A stretch of 64,000 nt of DNA, from contig JADJTW010000002.1 of the NCBI GenBank assembly GCA_016710965.1, positions 283,299 through 347,298 on the forward strand, given 5' to 3'. The position numbers and the translations under genes are program-made. The stretch comes from Flavobacteriales bacterium (GTDB lineage Bacteria; Bacteroidota; Bacteroidia; Flavobacteriales_F; PHOS-HE28). Below the pieces are notes generated by a model that worked only from the letters and a program-made list of their open reading frames with translations, did no database searches and was not told the DNA's origin. Positions 59,473-64,000 of the stretch are shown piece by piece. The stretch's first letter is position 1. Every line of letters starts with the position of its first letter.

Positions 59473-60216
59473 ATGGAACCAATGGATCCAAAGACGGTTG
59501 AACACATAATAGACGCGGCCAAATTCGTGCTGCCATCTGTCGTGATTCCATTGGTCATCATTGCTATGAACAATGCTCACAACAGAAAGACAAGAGCTTC
59601 GGAACAGGCCTTTCAACTAAGCATGGTTTCTGCGGAGAAGAACGTCGCGTCAGAGTTCACGGTACAGGAGGAGCGGCGCGTTCATGAAAAGGAAGTTTAC
59701 GCGTCCATGCTAAAGATCCTGTTCGAAGTACAGAGGTTGCATATCGACCTCTCTGGAAACTGTGTGGACTACAAGTGCATTGACTCCGCTGTTTCGAACT
59801 TCAAGATCGCGCTGACAACGTATCAAGCAAGAATCTCCGACAATCAGATCTATCTAACCCCTGAAGCAACAAATGAGCTGTATGGATTCTATCAGCAAGT
59901 TGGTGACCTCCTTACCGAACTGAAAGAGATACAGGATAAACAGAAGTATCACTTGGCTATAGCAAGCGTTTACTACAACTCGAGAGAACTTGCTATGGCA
60001 ACGCTGCTGCTACGCATCAATTTTGCCGACGTAACAGCGCCGCAGGATGAGGAGGGAGTAGCAGAAGAATTGGCAGTGAAGTACAAGAACTTCATCAATT
60101 GTTGTGGCAGAGTTCCCCGTCTGGCGATCATGAAGGAGTATGAAGAATTCACGCCTGAAGTAGCTGAAAGCTTAGATGAGAAGAGGATGGAAACAGAGGA
60201 ACTCCGAACCAACTAG
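59473..60216 (+). CDS. hypothetical N-terminally membrane-anchored protein encoded in a low-GC (~43-45%) segment
   Basis: TM '[15 protein letters not shown]'; GC much lower than the surrounding >60%. Confidence 0.55.
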   Translation: MEPMDPKTVEHIIDAAKFVLPSVVIPLVIIAMNNAHNRKTRASEQAFQLSMVSAEKNVASEFTVQEERRVHEKEVYASMLKILFEVQRLHIDLSGNCVDYKCIDSAVSNFKIALTTYQARISDNQIYLTPEATNELYGFYQQVGDLLTELKEIQDKQKYHLAIASVYYNSRELAMATLLLRINFADVTAPQDEEGVAEELAVKYKNFINCCGRVPRLAIMKEYEEFTPEVAESLDEKRMETEELRTN

Positions 60217-60430
60217 CTTTTCGCCGGTGTGCATGAGCGTTTCGTAGTAGAGACTTTTCTTATGGATGCGGCTGCGCTGGTACATGGTCTCCATGGCGCC
60301 GAGCACGCCACCGCGTTCGGTGATGCGGTCGAACTCGGTGAGCACCCCGGCTCGGAGGCCGGGGCAGGCTCTTTCTTCCACCAGGTCGGTGAGCTCTTCG
60401 ATGATGAAGGAGCCTTCGCGGGTTCTCGTT
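60216..60430 (-). pseudogene. internal fragment (~70 aa) of a B12-dependent acyl-CoA mutase (methylmalonyl-CoA-mutase-like) gene
   Basis: '[17 protein letters not shown]...[34 protein letters not shown]' resembles the mutase segment 'LTDELEEKAW..IDEMGGMVKAIESGYPQREI..AYRYQREVESGEK'. It is bounded by stops on both sides. Confidence 0.4.
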
Positions 60431-60495
60431 CTTGGCCATCGGACTTACCGATACGTCAACTATTATTTACCTTACCCCCCCGGAACAAAAGAGCC

Positions 60496-60678
60496 ATGAA
60501 GTGCAGTGAACTGATGCGAAAGCTCCAACGAGACGGTTGGTTCATCGTCAGGCAGCGCGGTTCGCATGTACTTATGGAACACCCGACCAAGAAGGGCCAG
60601 GTGGTAGTGCCGGACCATGGCTCGAAAGAACTGGCGTCCGGCACGGCCCGAAGCATCATCAAGAAGGCAGGACTTTGA
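60496..60678 (+). CDS. hicA: type II toxin-antitoxin system HicA-family toxin
   Basis: 'MKCSELMRKLQRDGWFIVRQRGSHVLMEHPTKKGQVVVPDHGSKELASGTARSIIKKAGL' (the YcfA/HicA 'GSH' motif). Confidence 0.85.
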   Translation: MKCSELMRKLQRDGWFIVRQRGSHVLMEHPTKKGQVVVPDHGSKELASGTARSIIKKAGL

Positions 60679-60689
60679 AACGAACGACC

Positions 60690-61106
60690 ATGAAGACCGC
60701 AAAGCGAAAGCAAGCCCCGGAAAAGACCTACCCCTTCATCGTGGAGTGGACCAAGACCGGTTTCTCCGCCTACTCGAAGGATCACGCCGTGGCCACTACC
60801 GGCGAAACGTTGAACGAGTTGCGCAGGAACGCCGCCGAAGCATTGGGTCTTTTGCTCGACACCCCGCGCAAGAAGGTGACGGCGAAGCAGATCCACTTCT
60901 TCATGGACATGCGCTACTTCTTCAAGCAGTACCGCGTTCTCAACGCGCGGCAATTGGCGCATCGCATCGACATGAACCACACCCTGCTCTCGCAATACGT
61001 GAGCGGCGCGAAGATGCCTTCAGAGGAACAGACCGAGCGTATCCTCTTGGGAATACGGAAGGTGGCGAAAGAGTTGGCGAGTGTGTCATTGTCGCCACAC
61101 AACTGA
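60690..61106 (+). CDS. hicB: type II toxin-antitoxin system HicB-family antitoxin (with C-terminal HTH)
   Basis: 'TYPFIVEWTKTGFSAYSKDHAVATTGETLNELRRNAAEAL' HicB/UPF0150 fold, plus a C-terminal DNA-binding region. Confidence 0.85.
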   Translation: MKTAKRKQAPEKTYPFIVEWTKTGFSAYSKDHAVATTGETLNELRRNAAEALGLLLDTPRKKVTAKQIHFFMDMRYFFKQYRVLNARQLAHRIDMNHTLLSQYVSGAKMPSEEQTERILLGIRKVAKELASVSLSPHN

Positions 61107-61151
61107 CCGTCTGGCCGTACGATCGTCACTCATGGCATCTGCCCGGCGAAC

Positions 61152-61790
61152 TCAGAGGCAAATGCGGCGCTCTGCCGTACGGCAGACCATCACCGCGTAC
61201 TCGGGATCCATGCCGTTGCTGAAGTAAGTTGAGGCTTTGCGAAATCCCGCCTTAGCGGGAAAGCTCAGGTTGGGCGCGAAGGCGTTGATGTCCATGCCCC
61301 GGCTCAGGTAGTACTCCATCCCGGTTCGTTGACCGGGACAGGCTCCGGTGAAGCCGTTGGCCAGCGTGAAGGCGAGCTGGCTGATGGGGTTGGCGCCGGC
61401 CTCCGCAGCGCCTGCCCCGGCCAGCGAGCCGGGGTGGTAACCGCTGATGCTGACGCTGTAGAAGTTGCGGATGTTGTTGGCGATGAAGTGCTCTTGCACA
61501 TCGCCCATCAAACGCAGCGCGAACTCGGTGCTGAAGATCGTCGTTCTGCGCCTGGTGGTTATGCCCGCCCTGAACTTGTCGAAGGATTGGGCGTGCCCCT
61601 CGCTCACGCACATAACCCCGCGCGGGTCGCGTGCTGCGCTGTAGCCGGACTTGTCAGGGCCAGCGGCTGCGGCACTCAGGGGCCACTCCTTCGTCGTGCC
61701 TCCTCGTTGCTCGCCTCCGCAAGGCCCTGCCCGCACCGGGCTGCCGCTTCGCCCGCTCACGCAAAACCTTGCCGCAAGGAATACTCGCAA
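61152..61790 (-). pseudogene. remnant of the same acyl-CoA mutase gene (segment around the 'SISGYH' substrate-domain signature), lacking N- and C-terminal parts
   Basis: 'TIFSTEF...[15 protein letters not shown]...[18 protein letters not shown]...[13 protein letters not shown]' versus mutase 'TIQNDILKEF...MPKFNSISISGYHMQEAGA..IEMAYTLADG...GLNVDQFAPRLSFF'. hicAB lies between this and the 60216..60430 fragment. Confidence 0.4.
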
Positions 61791-61801
61791 CTAGAAGAGA
61801 C

Positions 61802-62536
61802 CTACCGACAAGGCAGGATGGTTGCAGAAGTGGGCATCTTACCAGGTTTCTCACCAATGTCCCAGCCTGGCGTGGTCACTTCCGAATAGTAGTAGTCCGT
61901 GTTCTCGTATTCGTAGCGCGTGTCTCGATGGAGCTTGGTTCTAGGGTGTATCCCAACCGCCATGTGTCCAGGGTACTGTAGGAGGACGCACCGGATGCCC
62001 AGAGCCTTGAGCAATGCCACGAGCAGCAGCGACTTGTCTCCACAATCTCCGGCACCTCCTCCGTTGATCAGTGTCTGCACCGCGTATTGCTGGTAATCCA
62101 CGCTCTGCGGACCGCCAGGGACTCGATTAGGGGTCCAGTAAGTCAAGGACTGCACGAATGAAAGCGCGACTTTCTCGACCGGCAGGGAGAGTGTAGTTGC
62201 GCGTTCCCGGATGACGCCTGCAAGAACATCGACATCGGACAGGTATGGATCCTTGCGCACATACTGAGCATAGTAGTTCCTTTCCCGGTGCTCAGGAAGT
62301 TTCCGGTAGTGCTCGAGCATTTTGAACAACCCACGCTGAAATACCAGCGTCAAGGTCATGTCGATGTCATTCCCATCGAACCCATAGTTCCAGTTGTACT
62401 CGATGGTAGTCCTGACGTCGGATTGATCCGCTAAAGGGCTTGCCGGGGAGCGCAATGGAGCAGTTGACCAAGCCGTGCAAGCAAGCCTCAACGGCAAGTG
62501 AAGAGTCCGCAGTATCGGTGGTGGTTGTCGCGTCAT
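61802..62536 (-). CDS. transglutaminase-like (TGc) cysteine-protease-fold domain protein
   Basis: 'GGGAGDCGDKSLLLVALLKALGI...YPGHMAVGI' Cys/His core. Confidence 0.6.
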   Translation of the reverse strand: MTRQPPPILRTLHLPLRLACTAWSTAPLRSPASPLADQSDVRTTIEYNWNYGFDGNDIDMTLTLVFQRGLFKMLEHYRKLPEHRERNYYAQYVRKDPYLSDVDVLAGVIRERATTLSLPVEKVALSFVQSLTYWTPNRVPGGPQSVDYQQYAVQTLINGGGAGDCGDKSLLLVALLKALGIRCVLLQYPGHMAVGIHPRTKLHRDTRYEYENTDYYYSEVTTPGWDIGEKPGKMPTSATILPCR

Positions 62537-62596
62537 CGGAGATTAGGTTGCGAATTGAAGTAGCAAACTCGGAAGGCCCGGACAGCCCACGCTGGT

Positions 62597-63430
62597 CTAG
62601 TCCGCCCACCAAACTGAAAGAATTCGGTAGCTGCAATTCTCCCCGGACTTGAACGTACAATGCTCTGTGCCAATCGACTCAGCATCTTGAGCTTCAACAA
62701 GCTCCTTGCCAGTGGATACGTGATCGCCCTTCCAGTCTAAGCTCTCGTACTTCACCCAAATTGCCCTAGATGGATGTTGGTTCTTAATGAAGAACTCGAA
62801 CTGATAGGCCAAGAACTGACCCTCCGCGAACTCCTTCTTCACGTAGACATAGTCAATGGCTGACTTTGTCGGAGTAGGCCTTGGTTTGGGAGTAGAGGTC
62901 GGTCTGGGTCTGTCTGCTTCCGGTCTCTCGGTCATCCAAGGAGGAAGGTCGGGGTTGAGCGGTGGCGGATTGAACGGGACGTAGGGATCGCTGCACGAAA
63001 GGGTGTAGGTGTAATCGTCGTACTGCTGGGTATCGATCTGCCTGAAGCACTCGACATGCCAGTCTTTGGGTTCATTCGCGAAACGAAAGTTCCCATCGTA
63101 GAACTTCACGGATCGCACACGCCAGCAATGACTATTGTCGCCGTCCCATTCAAATCGGCCATCCCCAGACTCAGCAAAGAAATAGTAGTAGCGATGGGTC
63201 AAATTGCCGCCTTGTGAAACTACCGTCTCTCCAGGCTTGGCGTTGAACCATCCTTCGGTAACCCAGACCTTTTCGACAGTGCTGAAGTAGCGCAGCGCAA
63301 TGCTCACGTCCGCATTGCAGTCGTTCTTAAAACGTAGGGCAGCGTTCGCCGGAACATTTGTGATGGCGGCAGCGCCGATCGAAAAAGCCCAGAAGGTGAG
63401 CGATTCCTTGCTCAAGCTAAGGTTCAACAT
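62597..63430 (-). CDS. secreted hypothetical protein, N-terminal DUF1036-like domain; lower-GC segment
   Basis: Signal peptide; 'CN.DVSIALRY......WVTEGWFNAKPGE...HRYYYFFAES.DGRFEWDGDNSHCW'. Confidence 0.5.
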   Translation of the reverse strand: MLNLSLSKESLTFWAFSIGAAAITNVPANAALRFKNDCNADVSIALRYFSTVEKVWVTEGWFNAKPGETVVSQGGNLTHRYYYFFAESGDGRFEWDGDNSHCWRVRSVKFYDGNFRFANEPKDWHVECFRQIDTQQYDDYTYTLSCSDPYVPFNPPPLNPDLPPWMTERPEADRPRPTSTPKPRPTPTKSAIDYVYVKKEFAEGQFLAYQFEFFIKNQHPSRAIWVKYESLDWKGDHVSTGKELVEAQDAESIGTEHCTFKSGENCSYRILSVWWAD

Positions 63431-63472
63431 GTTGGTGCGGTGTGATTCTGACAGATGAGGCCAATGCTCCTG

Positions 63473-64000
63473 TTAGTTCAAGCCCAGGAAAACCTTGTGG
63501 ACCCACGCTTCCTTACCAGCGGTGAGAGTGACAATGCACAGCCCGTTGACTGAAATTGGCATCGGAACGGCAAGCTCGCCGAGAGGCAATCGGACACTCT
63601 CGATGGCATGTAGCAATGATCCGTTCAGCGAATAGATCTTCATCGAAGCCGTTCTCTCAGTGTCGGAGATCAGGACGAGACCGATCGCAGTGGAACGAAC
63701 AGTGACACTACCACTCTGACCGCTTCGAACCTTCTCGCGCGCTATTTCGATCGGGTCATCGTCCAAAACCATTTGGGTTGAGTTCGTCAGCCGGGCGATC
63801 CTCCCTACCGCTAGGCTACCGAACTGTGCAAATGAGCCTACCACAACAAGCCCACCGTTGCTCTGACGCACGATACCATTGACGGCCGATGAAGCACCTG
63901 TGCTAGCATTCAATGTGTTGTCCACCGCGCCGCTCGTTGTAAGGCGCACGATCCGTGTCTTGGCGCTGGTATTGAACTGTGTGAAGTTCCCAACCAGGAT
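63473..64000 (-). CDS. 3' end of a delta-60-repeat protein with T9SS type A sorting domain (N-terminus beyond window end)
   Basis: C-terminal 'MKIYSLNGSLLHAIESVRLPLGELAVPMPISVNGLCIVTLTAGKEAWVHKVFL'; upstream 'GLVVVGSFAQFGSLAVGRIARL' delta-60-like. Confidence 0.65.
   Translation of the reverse strand: MLVGNFTQFNTSAKTRIVRLTTSGAVDNTLNASTGASSAVNGIVRQSNGGLVVVGSFAQFGSLAVGRIARLTNSTQMVLDDDPIEIAREKVRSGQSGSVTVRSTAIGLVLISDTERTASMKIYSLNGSLLHAIESVRLPLGELAVPMPISVNGLCIVTLTAGKEAWVHKVFLGLN

Noticed and set aside
60229-60495. N-terminal extension of the hicA track ORF (149 aa)
   Set aside because: HicA toxins are ~60 aa. The upstream 89 codons are the antisense of the mutase fragment, and the internal ATG at 60496 starts the canonical HicA sequence.

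Overview
This window is high-GC bacterial DNA whose gene content points to a Bacteroidota (Flavobacteriia/Cytophagia/Saprospiria-like) chromosome heavily invested in type IX secretion (T9SS). No rRNA, tRNA or CRISPR array was found. At least 11 predicted proteins carry T9SS C-terminal sorting domains. Type A is the Por_Secre_tail, with the recurring 'FPNPxxG...' motif. Type B is the CHU_C 'gliding motility-associated C-terminal domain', recognised by 'FTPNGDGINDxW...FDRWG'.

The main features are:

- **Giant SprB-like adhesin locus (2984..15260, about 12.3 kb).** It encodes a signal peptide and propeller-like N-terminus, many HYR domains, an embedded C-type lectin domain, and thrombospondin-type-3 calcium repeats. 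These are followed by about 36 near-identical tandem copies of a 117-bp (39-aa) Cys-rich repeat, about 10 copies of a 99-bp (33-aa) Cys/Gly repeat, an Ig-like region and a CHU_C sorting domain. The reading frame is broken at more than 12 small indels. Most lie inside the tandem arrays, so this is either a pseudogene or, more likely, unpolished repeat assembly.
- **Downstream partner genes.** The adhesin is followed directly by a PorP/SprF-family T9SS membrane protein and an OmpA-family protein. The same adhesin -> PorP/SprF -> TolB/OmpA-like triad recurs at 18490..25255. There the adhesin gene carries a single -1 frameshift near 20130.
- **Housekeeping genes.** These include an ECF sigma factor with a small overlapping putative anti-sigma factor, dipeptidase E (pepE), an MscS-family channel and a CorA Mg/Co transporter. 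CorA has an apparent 40-bp deletion that removes the essential GMN motif. Also present are arginine decarboxylase (speA) with a deoxyhypusine-synthase-like gene, a VOC/glyoxalase protein, and NhaA.
- **Minus-strand prophage-like regulatory module.** It consists of an XRE-S24 (LexA/CI-like) repressor, two tandem ORF6N/KilA-N paralogues and a PIF1-like helicase with a C-terminal HTH. One ORF6N gene carries an in-frame 66-bp duplication containing a perfect palindrome.
- **T9SS cargo proteins.** These include a two-component regulator propeller-repeat protein, CotH with a lamin-tail domain, an ASST-like protein, a BNR/Asp-box protein with dockerin-like C-terminal repeats, an HExxH protein and a beta-helix protein.
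- **Small elements and an end-of-window islet.** There is an SRAP/YedK peptidase, and a decayed HNH_2 nuclease gene with a partial tandem duplicate flanking a lipoprotein gene. At 59.4-63.4 kb there is a compositionally mosaic, lower-GC islet. It holds an orphan low-GC membrane-anchored gene, a hicAB toxin-antitoxin pair lying between two remnants of a B12-dependent acyl-CoA (methylmalonyl-CoA-like) mutase pseudogene, a transglutaminase-like gene and a DUF1036-like secreted protein.

Many long minus-strand or antisense ORFs in the six-frame track are GC-driven artefacts and were rejected. All family assignments come from reading motifs in the translations, not from database searches.
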